Below, one piece after another: positions 39,061 through 51,430 of a stretch of DNA of 64,000 nucleotides; the stretch's first letter is position 1; each line of letters begins with the position of its first letter. The DNA comes from Mobula hypostoma. Its lineage: Eukaryota. Location of the stretch: assembly GCF_963921235.1 (NCBI RefSeq), contig NC_086108.1, positions 103,542,001 to 103,606,000 of the forward strand, read 5' to 3'. The notes beneath the pieces were generated by a model, which searched no databases, was not told the origin of the DNA, and was given only the letters and a program-made list of their open reading frames with translations. The position numbers and the translations under genes were made by a program.

Positions 39061-42000
39061 AAAATGAAAATGGAGAAGGTTTACTGATTGGTGTGTCAGA
39101 AACAACCAAGTGATCACCAATACTTGGTATAACAACCATCCACGTAGATTGTGTACTTTGATTAGCCCTGGAGATAGAACAAGGAATCAAATAGATTTCA
39201 TTACCATCAATGAACGCTTTAGAAATAATATCACAAATTCTAAAGCCTACCCAGGAGCAGACTTTGGTTCCGATCATCATCCAGTAATAGCTACCATTAG
39301 AACAAAATTAAAGAAACTGAAACGTGGAAAAAAGAGAAAGTAGTATATGTTGGGAGAACTTAAAAAAGATAGCATACTTAAGCAACAATTCAAGACAGCT
39401 GTAGAAGAACACCTCAACGAAAACGTAACAACACCTATTTTGAACAGATTTAAATATGCTATACAGTAATCAGCAGAGGAGATAATCCCAGTACAAGAAA
39501 TCCAACACACCAGCAAGGGGTGGATAACCCAGGAAATTCTAGATCTGATGGAACAAAGAAGGTTAGTGAAGAATAATGAAGTGCGATACAGAGAGCTAGA
39601 CAGACGGACCAGAAATTGTGCAATATTGCAAAGGAAGAATGGCTGAATCAAAAATGCAGTGAAATAGAAGGCCATATTAACAACAGCAAAGAAATGCACA
39701 AGAAAATTAAGGAAATTACTGGAATTAAGAAAACCTCCTCTACAGGATGCATAAGATCAGCAGACATAGAAACATAGAAAATAGGTGCAGGAGTAGGCCA
39801 TTCGGCCCTTCGAGCCTGCACCGCCATTTATTATGATCATGGCTGATCATCCAACTCAGAACCCAGCCTTCCCTCCATACCCCCTGACCCCTGTAGCCAC
39901 AAGGGCCATATCTAACTTCCTTTTAAACATAGCTAATGAACTGGCCTCAACAGTTTGCTGTGGCAGAGAATTCCACAGATTCACCACTCTCTGTGTGAAG
40001 AAGTTTTTCCTAACCTCGGTCCTAAAAGGCTTCCCCTCTATCCTCAAACTGTGACCCCTCGTTCTAGACCTCCCCAACATCGGGAACAATCTTCCCGCAT
40101 CTAGCCTGTCCAATCCCTTTAGGATCTTATACGTTTCAATCAGATCCCCCCTCAATCTTCTAAATTCCAACGAGTACAAGCCCAGTTCATCCAGTCTTTC
40201 TTCATATGAAAGACCTGCCATCCCAGGAATCAATCTGGTGAACCTTCTTTGTACTCCCTCTATGGCAAGGATGTCTTTCCTCAGATTAGGGGACCAAAAC
40301 TGCACACAATACTCCAGGTGTGGTCTCACCAAGGCCTTGTACAACTGCAGTAGTACCTCCCTGCTCCTGTACTCGAATCCTCTCGCTATAAATGCCAGCA
40401 TACCGTTCGCCTTTTTCACCGCCTGCTGTACCTGCATGCCCACTTTCAATGACTGGTGTATAATGACACCCAGGTCTCGTTGCACCACCCCTTTTCCTAA
40501 TCGGCCACCATTCAGATAATAATCTGTTTTCCTATTTTTGCCACCAAAGTGGATAACTTCACATTTATCCACATTAAATTGCATCTGCCATGAGTTTGCC
40601 CACTCACCCAACCTATCCAAGTCACCCTGCATCCTCTTAGCATCCTCCTCACTGCTAACACTGCCACCCAGCTTGGTGTCATCCGCAAACTTGGAGATGC
40701 TGCATTTAATTCCCTCATCCAAGTCATTAATATATATTGTAAACAACTGGGGTCCCAGCACTGAGCCTTGCGGTACCCCACTAGTCACCGCCTGCCATTC
40801 TGAAAAGGTCCCGTTTATTCCCACTCTTTGCTTCCTGTCTGCTAACCAATTCTCCACCCACACCAATACCTTACCCCCAATACCGTGTGCTTTAAGTTTG
40901 CACACTAATCTCCTGTGTGGGACCTTGTCAAAAGCCTTTTGAAAATCCAAATATACCACATCCACTGGTTCTCCCCTATCCACTCTACTAGTTACATCCT
41001 CAAAAAATTCTATGAGATTCGTCAGACATGATTTTCCTTTCACAAATCCATGCTGACTTTGTCCGATCATTTCACCGCTTTCCAAATGTGCTGTTATCAC
41101 ATCCTTGATAACTGACTCCAGCAGTTTCCCCACCACCGACGTTAGGCTAACCAGCCTATAATTCCCCGGTTTCTCTCTCCCTCCTTTTTTAAAAAGTGGG
41201 GTTACATTAGCCACCCTCCAATCCTCAGGAACTAGTCCAGAATCTAAGGAGTTTTGAAAAATTATCACTAATGCATCCACTATTTCTTGGGCCACTTCCT
41301 TAAGCACTCTGGGATGCAGACCATCTGGCCCTGGGGATTTATCTGCCTTCAATCCCTTCAATTTACCTAACACCACTTCCCTACTAACATGTATTTCGCT
41401 CAGTTCCTCCATCTCACTGGACCCTCTGTCCCTTACTATTTCTGGAAGATTATTTATGTCCTCCTTAGTGAAGACAGAACCAAAGTAATTATTCAATTGG
41501 TCTGCCATGTCCTTGCTCCCCATAATCAATTCACCTGTTTCTGTTTGCAGGGGACCTACATTTGTCTTTATCAGTCTTTTCCTTTTTACATATCTATAAA
41601 AGCTTTTACAGTCCGTTTTTATGTTCTCTGCCAGTTTTCTCTCATAATCTTTTTTCCCCTTCCTAATTAAGCCCTTTGTCCTCCTCTGCTGAACTCTGAA
41701 TTTCTCCCAGTCCTCAGGTGAGCCACTTTCTCTGGCTAATTTGTATGCTACTTCTTTGGAATTGATACTATCCCTAATTTCTCTTGTCAGCCACGGGTGC
41801 ACTACCTTCCTTGATTTATTCTTTTGCCAAACTGGGATGAACAATTGTTGTAGTTCATCCATGCAACCTTTAAATGCCTGCCATTGCATATCCACCGTCA
41901 ATCCTTGAAGTGTCATTTGCCAGTCTATCTTAGCTAATTCACGTCTCATACCTTCAAAGTTACCCCTCTTTAAGTTCAGAACCTTTGTTTCTGAATTAAC

Positions 42001-44170
42001 TACGTCACTCTCCATGTTAATGAAGAATTCCACCATATTATGGTCACTCTTACCCAAGGGGCCTCTCACGACAAGATCGCTAATTAACCCTTCCTCATTG
42101 CTCAAAACCCAGTCCAGAATAGCCTGCTCTCTAGTCGGTTCCTCGACATGTTGGTTCAAAAAACCATCCCGCATACATTCCAAGAAATCCTCTTCCTCAG
42201 CACCTTTACCAATTTGGTTCACCCAGTCTACATGTAGATTGAAGTCACCCATTATAACTGCTGTTCCTTTATTGCACACATTTCTAATTTCCTGTTTAAT
42301 ACCATCTCCGACCTCACTACTACTGTTAGGTGGCCTGTACACAACTCCCACCAGCGTCTTCTGCCCCTTAGTGTTACGCAGCTCTACCCATATCGATTCC
42401 ACATCTTCCCGGCTTATGTCCTTCCTTTCTATTGCGTTAATCTCTTTTTTAACCAGCAACGCCACCCCACCTCCCCTTCCTTCATGTCTATCCCTCCTGA
42501 ATATTGAATATCCCTGAACGTTGAGCTCCCATCCCTGGTCACCCTGGAGCCATGTCTCTGTGATCCCAACTAACGGATCCATACTAACAGATCCAGATAA
42601 AGTATGTGAGAGGTGGATTTAGTATATAGAGCAGCTGTTTGAGGATAATAGAGGGGAATCCCCAGATATTAAACACCCTAATTCTGGCCCACCTATTCCC
42701 AAAGAAGAAATAACTAAAGCAATGAAAAGCATGAAATATGGTAAAGCCACTGGACCTCATGAAATTTCAGTAGAAATGATACAAGCCCTAAAAGATCTTT
42801 GGGCATGGATATTCTCTTTGAACTGTTTAATGACATATATGAGTCTGGTGTATTGCCCGACGATCTCTTGAAATCAGTATTTATAACTCTGCCACAAATT
42901 CCTGCAACTCTTGATTGTGAAAATTAAAGATTTTGTTGAGAATTGTTCTGAGTCAAATTAAGAACAACTTAAGGCCAGAAACTTCTGAACTGCAATATGG
43001 GTTTATTGAGGATAGAGGAAGTAGGAACGCAATTTTCATACTACGAATGGTTTCAGAAAGGGCAATTGAATATCAAAACGATGTCTTTTTATGTTTTATT
43101 GATTTCACTAAAGCATTCGACAAAGTGCAACATGAAAAATTATTTCAAATTCTCGCTAAACTAAACATTGACGGAAGGGACCAACAACTGCTTCAAAATT
43201 TATATTGGAACCGAACGGCGGCGGTAAAAATTGATGATAATATAAGCAGTTGGACTAAAATTCAAAGAGGAGTTAGACAGGGATGCGTTGCCTCACCAGA
43301 ATTATTTAATATCTATAGTGAAATGACTCTCAGAGAAATAGAAGACCGAGATGGGATAAAAATTGGAGGTGTTAACATCAACAATATAAGATATGCAGAC
43401 GATACCACCCTAATAGCAAGTGCTGCAGAAGACCTACAAATCCTCCTAGACAACGTAGTACAAACAAGTGCAGATTTTGGTCTAACCGTCAACTGTAAAA
43501 AAAAATGTATGGTAATATCAAAACAGCAGGATATTCCCAACTGCCAATTGTACATCGGTAACCAAGAGATTGAACAAAAGACCAGCTTTAATTACCTTGG
43601 TAGCTTTATATCACAACATGCTAAAAGTAAAATAGAAATAAAAAGAAGAATTGCCATTGCCAAAACCAACTTCCGAAAAATGAAACCCATTTTTACCAAC
43701 AGACACATTTCTATGACAACAAGGCTTGGGCTACTAAAATATTACATCTGGTCAATCTTGCTGTATGCTTCCGAAACATGGACTATAACACCAAAACTCC
43801 AAAGAAACTTAGAAGCAACAGAAATGTGGTTTCTTAGAAGACTGCTGAAAATATCATATAGAGATAGGGTAACTAATGAGACAGTACTCCAACGTGCCCA
43901 GACAAAAAGATCTTTAATGAGAACATTAAATGAGAGGAAACATAAATTTTCCTGGGCCATGTCTTCAGAAAGGGAGAAATAAAATGCCTTACATTACAAG
44001 GCCATATGCCTGGGAAATGCGGAAAAGGATGGCAAAGAAGAAAATATATGGACGCTGTGAAAGAATTAACAGGTCTAAGTGTGCGAGATATCATTGACGC
44101 TACGTGGGATCATTTGACATGATCGCCCAAGCATGTAACACGCAAGGCACATGAAGAAGAAGAAGAAGAA
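39061..44170 (+). mobile_element. RTE-clade LINE (5'-truncated, decayed) with a (GAA)n tail, interrupted by the CR1 at 39764..42572
   Basis: APE motifs ITNTWY..HPRRL, TRNQIDFI, GSDH (ORF 39110..39343); RT ORF 42933..43982 with FIDFTKAFDKV, GVRQGC, RYADD, YASETWT. The frame rejoins across the CR1 as TGCIRSAD|GSILTDPDK. Confidence 0.9.
39764..42572 (-). mobile_element. Young CR1-clade LINE, 5'-truncated within the APE endonuclease, with uninterrupted ORF2 (ORF 39856..42582, 908 aa)
   Basis: APE motifs GITETW, GDFN, SDH; RT motifs YLDFQKAFDKVPH, GVPQGSVLGP, KFADD; (TTCTATGT)n-type 3' tail at ~39764-39780. The first few codons (MDPL) come from the flanking RTE. Confidence 0.95.
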
Positions 44171-47100
44171 AGGAAATTACAGTGGTATGAGAGAGGCTCT
44201 GGCCAACGTAAAATGGAAGGAGATGCTGGTAGGGATGACAGCAGAGCAGCAATGGCTTGAGTTTCCGAGAAAAATAAGGGAAGTGCAGGATAGATGTATT
44301 CCAAAAACAAAGAAATACTCAAATGGCAAAATAGCGCAACCATGGCTGGCATGGGAAGTTAAAGCTAATGTAAAAGCAAAAGAGCGGGTGTACAACAAAG
44401 CAAAAATTAGCAGGAAGATAGAGGATTGGGAAACTTTAAAAAATCTATAGAGAGCAACTAAAAGAATCATTAAGATGGAAAACAGAAAATATGAAAGCAA
44501 GCTAGCAAACAATATCAAAGATAGAAAAAACTTTTTCAAGTATATAAAGAACAAAAGAGAGATTAGAGTGAATATAGGACCACTAGAATATGAAGCCAGA
44601 GAAATAATAATCAGGACAAGGAGATGGCAGATGAACTAAATGAGCATTGTGCATCAGTCTTCACTGCGGAAAACACTAGCAGTGTACCAGGTGTCGAAGG
44701 GCATGAGGGAAGAGAAGGGAGTGCAGTTACTATTACAAAGGAGGAGGTGCTCAAAAAGCTAAAAGACCTAAAAGTTCACAGGTCACTGGACAAGATTAAC
44801 AGCAACCCAGGGTTCTGAAAGAGGTAGTGGTAGAGTCTGTGGAGGCATTAGTAATGATCTTTCAAAAGCCACTGGGCTCTGGCATGGTGTCAGAGGACTG
44901 GAAAATTGCAAATGTCACTTCATTCTTTAAGAAAGGAGGAAGATAGCAGAAAGGAAATTATAGACCAGTTAGCCTGATCTCAGTGGTTGGGAAGATGTTG
45001 GAGTCAATTGTTAAGGATGAGGTTCTGGAATACCTGGTGACACAGGACAATGTCAGCATGGTTTCCTTCAGGGAAAATCTTGCCTGACAAACCTGTTAGA
45101 ATTCTTTCAGAATTACAAGGATGATATATAAAAAGGATGCAGTGGATGTTGTACATTTGGATTTTCAGAAAGCCTTTGACAAGGTACCTCACATGAGGCT
45201 GCTTACCAAATTAAGAGCTTGTGATATTACAAGAAAATTACTGGCATGGTTAGAGCATTGGCTGATTGATAGCAGGCAGCAAATGGGAATAAAAGGATCC
45301 TTTACTAGTTGGCTGCCAGTGACTTGTGGTATTCTGTAGGAGTCGGTGATGGGACCACTTCTTTTTATGCTGTATATCAATGATTTAGGTGAAGGAATAG
45401 ATGGCTTTTTTGCCATGTTTGCAGATGATATGAAGATTGGTAAAGAGGCAGGTTGAGCTGAGAAAACAGGAAGGCCGCAGAAGGATTTAGACTGATTAGG
45501 AGAATGGGCAAGAAAGTGGCAAATGAAATACAGAGTTGGAAAACGTATGGTCATGCACTTTGGTAGCAGAAATAAATGTGCAGACTATTTTCTAAATGGG
45601 AGAAAATCCAAAAATCTGAGATGAGTGGGGACGGGAATCCCTGTGCGGAACACCCTAAAGGTTAACTTGCAGGTTGAGTCAGTGGTAAGGAAGGCAAATG
45701 CAATGTTAACATTCATTTCAAGAGGTCTAGAATATAACAGCAGGAATGTGATGCTGACACTTGAAGGCACCGATGAGGCCTCACCTTGAGTACTGTGAAC
45801 AGTTTTGGGCGCCTTATCTAAGAAAAGATGTCCTGACATTGGAGTGGATTCAGAGGAGGTTCACAAGATGATTCCAGGAAAGACAGGGTTGTCATACGAG
45901 GAACGTTTGATGGCTCTGGGCCTGTACTCACAGGAATTTAGAAGGATGCGGGGGGCAGAGGACCCCACTGAAACGTTTTGAATGTTGAAAGACCTACACA
46001 AAGCAGATGTGGAAACCATGTTTCACATGGTCGGGGAGCCTAGGACAAGAGGGCACAGCCTCAGGATAGAGGAGTGTCCATTTAAAACAGATGTGGAGAA
46101 GTTTCTTTTGCCAAAGGGTGGTGAATTTGTGGAACTTGTTACCACAGGCAGCAGCAGAAGCCAGGTCATTGGGTGTAATTAAGGCAGAGCTTGATAGGTT
46201 CTTGATTGGCCGTGGCATCAAAGGTTATGGGAAGAAGGCTGATGACTGGGGCTGAGGAGGGGAAAACCAGTAACATCCATGGTGGAGCAGACTTGATGGG
46301 CCAAATGGCCTAATTCTGCTCCTATGTCTTATGCTCTTCTGGAATAAGTGAAAACAGTCTCACTAACAGGTGGGACTCATCTAGAATAGTAAGCAAAAAT
46401 AAGGGTTATTAATGTGACTCTTTGACGGTGGGAGTCAACTCTAAACAAGCTTAGTAATGTAAGCAGTAATAGTTAGGACAGGCCTGTATTCAAAGATTTG
46501 GTGGAAGAATTCGAAATTCCGCACTGTGCAAACTTTATAGCATATAAAGCAAGTGCACTGTAGTCATTTATTGTTTTCTTAGGCTGCTGCAAATGCAGAG
46601 AGAAACTGCAGTGTGCTATTTATAAAAGTAGCTGCAGCATGTATACTCACTGCTGGAACCAACTTCAAACTCTACACATTCCTTTGGAAATCAGAAATAA
46701 TCTGATTACAGTTCTGAATATTATGTAAATACTGCAGCTCCCCTAAAGGCAATTGTTCTTTTTCACAACATTACAATAAGATCAGATTTACCATAGAGCT
46801 GAGAGAAAGAATCCAGTGTACCTGAAACAAAATATTTTGCAGGCAAGATGACTTCACAATTATTTTAAACTTAATGTCGTAAAAGTGTAAATTGTTGATG
46901 GTGGAAGAACTGTAATCATTTGTGTGACACACATACAAAATGCTGGACAAAATCAGTAGGTTAGGAAGCATCTACAGAGAAGAATAGAGTGTCGATATTT
47001 TGGACCAAGACCCTTATCAGGATTGGAAAGGAGGGGGAAGAAGCCAGAATAAGAAGGTGGGAGAGGAGGGGAGGGAGGGAAAGAATTACTGCAGATAGAT

Positions 47101-47744
47101 TTCCAGCATCTGCAGAACCTCGTGTTTATGACTTGCCACTCCACTGTGAAGCCCCTTCAAGGTATGTTGATTCTGAAGAAGTTTAAATCTTCTCTTTGAC
47201 GGGAATTCAGTGAGACCCTCTCGCTGCTTCTCCTGTGATTTCTGCTGCTTTCCCTCCCTTCCCCCTTCTTTTCCAGCCCTGATGAATGGTCTTGGCCCAA
47301 GTGTCGATTGTTTATTATTCTCCATAGATGCTGCCTGACCTGTTGAGTTCCTCCAGCATTTTGTCTGTATTGCTCTGGATTTCCAGCATTTGTGTTTATT
47401 ATCTCTCGTGTTTATTAATCTATTGTGCTTCTTTTTTTTCCATAAAGAAATAACTAACCTTGTTAGATTGAGAACATTCAGTAAACAGTGCAGTGACTAA
47501 CAACCAAACAAAATGCACATTAAAAAATTAACTCATTGCCAAAACTGAATAGAGTGTGTAGACCATCAAAACAGTCAAATGCACAGAGCAGACATTTCAA
47601 AGGCATGTAAAAAGTATGGATAATACACAAAATACTGGAGGAACTCACCAGGTTAGGCAGCATCTATGGAAAGAAATAAACAGTCAACATTTCAGGCTGA
47701 GACCCTGAGTCCAAATGAAGTTCCTTCCACAGATGCTGCCTGAC

Positions 47745-49380
47745 TCAACCAGTTCCCCTCCACCACCACTCTCCTCTGTCTGGCAGAATGAATCCTCACT
47801 CTTAGTAATTCCTCTTTCAGCTCCTCCCACTTATTTCAAACAAAAGGTATAGCTATGGGTACTCACATGGGTCCCAGCTATGCCTGCCTTTCTGTTAGCT
47901 ACATGAACAGTTTATGTTTCAAGCCTACACCCAGCATTACTCCCAAACTTGTCCTACGCTACATCGATGACTCCACTGGTGCTGCTTTCTGCACCCATGT
48001 AGAGCTCATTGAGTTCATCAGCTTTGCCTGCCCTCAGATTTACCTGGTCCATTTCCAACACCCCCCTCCTCTTTCTCGATCTTTCTTTTTCTGTCTCTGG
48101 AGACAGCTATCTACTGATATCATTTATAAACACTCTGATTTTCACAGCTACCTGGACTATACCGCTTCCCACCCTGTCAGTTATAAAAATGCCATCCCCT
48201 TCTTTCATTTCCTCAGTCTCTGCTTCATCTGCTCTCAGGATGAGGCTCTTCATTCCAGAACTAAAGAAATATCCTCCTTCTTCAAAGAAAGGGGCTTCCC
48301 TTCCTCCACCATCAACGCTGCCCTCAACTACATCTCTTCCATTTTGTGCATGTCTGCCCTCACCCCATCCTCGCATCACACCACCACGGATAGGGTTCCT
48401 CTCGCCCTCACCTACCACCCCACCAACCTCTGCGTTCAGCACATAATTCTCCATAATTTCTGCCATCTCCAAGGAGATCCCACCACCAAGCACATCTTAC
48501 CGTCCCTCCCCCCTTTCCACTTTGTGCAGGGATCACTTCCTCTGTGACTCCCTTGTCCATTCATCCCTCCCCAAAGATCTCCTCCCTGGCACTTAACTTT
48601 GCAAGCGAAATAAGTGCTACACCTGCCCCTATACCACCTCCCTCACTACCATTCAGGACCCCAAAGAGTCCTTCCAGGTAAGGTGACACTTCATCTGCGA
48701 GTCTGTTGGGTCATACACTGTGACTGGTGCTCCTGGTGTGGCTTCCTGAGTATCGGTAAGACCTGACATAAATTGGGAGACCGCTTCGCCAAGCACCTAC
48801 ACTCCATCCGCCAGAAAAAGTGAGATCTCCCATCGACCACCTATTTTAATTCGACTTCCCATTCACATTCCGATATGTCAATCCATGGCCTCCTCTACTG
48901 TCGCAATGAGGTCACACTCAGGTTGAAGGAACATCACCTTATATTCTGTCTGGGTAGCTTCCAATCTGATGGCATGAGCATCGATTTCTCAAACTGTCCC
49001 TCTTCAACATTCCCCATTCACCTCTCTCACCTTATCTCCTTACCTGCCCATTGCCTCCCTTTGGTTCTCCTCCTCCTTCCCTTTCTTCCATGGCATTCAT
49101 TCCCCCTTCTCCAGCCCTTTATCTCTTTCACTAATTGTCTTCTCTGCTCTTTACTTCACCCCCCCTCCCAATTTCACCTATCACCTATTTCCTTGTATGT
49201 CTTCCTCCCCTCCAACCACCTTCTTATTCTGATTTTTCATCTTTTTTCTCCAGTCCTGATAAAGGACCTCGGCCTGAAACGTCAACTGGTTACTCTTTTC
49301 CATAGATGCTGCCTGGCCTGCTGAGTTCCTCCAGAATTTTGTATGTATTACTCTGGATTTCTAGCATCTGCAGAATTTCC
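47745..49380 (+). mobile_element. Degenerate Penelope-like element (RT, GIY-YIG, 3' terminal repeat), preceded by an inverted terminal-repeat piece at ~47626..47745
   Basis: ORF 47855..48547 carries GxxMGPSYA and LRYIDD; GIY-YIG remnant at ~48700-48970; frameshifts and stops. Confidence 0.9.
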
Positions 49381-49913
49381 TAACAGGTATGGGAAAAGCT
49401 AATACAGAATCCTACTTCAAATTAGCAGACATATGGCACATTCAATGTACAGATGGCAAATTAATCCTATCAGTCCCATACCCTTCTTTTCCCATAGCCG
49501 TTCCCTTGAGAGTCTATCCAATTCCTGCTTGAAGTCTCTGACTGATTCTGTCTCAGTCCATGAGTTCTAGATCATAACTACTCTCTGCACCCACCTTGTA
49601 CCTTTGTCCAAAACTAATTAGTGACAACTGAAAACAGAGTCTGAAACTGCACCCAGCAAAGGCATGGTTTCTTAATTACAATGACAGAAAATTCTTCAGA
49701 AATTAGTGCATGAAATCAGTGTGCAATTTTTAAAGCAAAAATCCCAGAATCATTCAAAAACCATCATGCTTCCATGATGTGGCTGGAGGACTGTCAGGTT
49801 GGAAGAGCGCACCCCCCACATGTATTTCCTCAATACATTCAACATCTTTTCAAAGCAGGACTTTATTTGCTATCACTTAATAGGGTTTATAACATCTGTG
49901 CTATTCTCTATAG

Positions 49914-49993
49914 CAGGGGTTCTGAACCTGGAGTCCACCTACCCCTTGCTTAATGGAATTGGCCCATGGCATAAGATAGGTTGAGAACCCCTG
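49914..49993. mobile_element. hAT MITE of the same family, 80 bp, TSD ctctatag/ctctacag
   Basis: TIR caggggttct...agaacccctg. Confidence 0.8.
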
Positions 49994-51014
49994 CTCTACA
50001 GTAACAATTCTGGACAATAACTGTGATAAGAAAAAAGGTACAAAGTATATTTGGACAATTACCAATCAGAGTTTCAGAAATTATTCACATCTGTATTTCC
50101 CATATTTTGAATGAATTTATTTTACAGTGACAGCTTAAACTATTTAAATCTTGCTGTACTGAAGGGAAATGACCATGGTGGAACAGACAAGCACATGTTG
50201 GACCGAAGATTAGAGATGATTTTCCTACTCACTACCCACCAGTTAGTCAGTATTTCATTGCTTGATGCTTTGAAACTCAAGTTGGCAAAGCATTAAACAG
50301 CATTTCAGAGATGGGAGTTCTCAGTGCCTGTAGGCAACAAATTAGCACAAGTTAAACTGTGTACTGAACACTTCACTGCAGGACATCCTAAACATTAAGG
50401 GCTTCTGGACATGATAGTGTAGAGGCAGCATGGTGGCATAGGGGATAACACGGTAGCTTGGCAGTTAGTATAATGCTTTTACATCACCAGCTGTAAAAAT
50501 CAAGAGTTTGATTCCCACTGCTGTCTGTAAGCAGTTTGTATGTTCTTTGTTTGCTTGGTTAGGGGTCGTGACTTGTGGGCGCCCGAAACGTGGTGACAAG
50601 CACAATACTCGCTGATCTGATTTGACGTAAAACGATGCATTTTACTGCAAGTTTTTATGTGACAAAAAAGCTAATTTTTAAATTTTTCATATTTAAGAAT
50701 GACCAATGGTGCAAAATAGGATATGGTGCAGTAAGCTGCCACAAATTTTAACGTCACCGTGACCAAATAACCTGTTTCAGTGGTACTGCTTAGGGGACAA
50801 ATGGATGCAATTACACCAGAGAGAATTTTTCTGCAGTTTTAAAATAATGTTAGAAAGGATGGAGAGGGTCACAGTGAGAAACTTGATTCAACTGATTATA
50901 TTGCCCACAGTGGTGAGATTTATTTTGTGATGAAATATATATGGTGGAACTTAAGCAACACTCACAACATGCTGGAGGAACTCAGCAGGTCGGGCAGCAT
51001 CCGTGGAAACGATG

Positions 51015-51050
51015 AGTTGACGTTTCGGTCTGGAACCCTTCGTCAGGACT
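51015..51050 (-). ncRNA. Minimal type I hammerhead ribozyme motif in a Penelope terminal repeat
   Basis: Minus strand reads AGUC-CUGACGA-AGGGUUCCAGACC-GAAA-CG-UC-AACU. It has the CUGANGA and GAAA cores, stem II, a palindromic ACGU stem III and a GUC site. Confidence 0.7.
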
Positions 51051-51430
51051 GTAGGGGGAAGGGCCAGAGACCCTATAAAGAAGGTGGGGGAGGGTGGGAA
51101 GGAGAAGGCTGGGAGGTTCCAGGTGAAAAATCAGCAAGGGGAAAGATAAAGGGGTGGGGGAGGGGAAGCAGGGAGGGGATAGGCAGGAAAGGTGGAGAAG
51201 GAATAAGGGAAAACACAATGGGTAGTCAAAGGAGGCGGGACCATGAGGGAGGTGATAGGCAGCTGGGGGAGGGGGCAGAGTGACATAGGGATAGAGGAAG
51301 GGAGGGGGAGGGAACTTCCGGAAGTTGGAGAATTCGATGTTCATACCAAGGGGCTGGAGACTACCTAGACAGTATATGAGGTGTTGCTCCTCCAACCTGA
51401 GTTTAGCCTCATCATGGCAGTAGAGGAGGC

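Larger units (their letters stand above)
38837..46340 (+). mobile_element. Older CR1 LINE (pieces ~38837-39060 and 44171-46340) hosting the RTE insertion
   Basis: EFVECLQDGFLEQ before the RTE; KGNYSGMREALA after it; decayed RT (DFQKAFDKVPH) and CR1 3' tail at ~46330. Confidence 0.88.
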
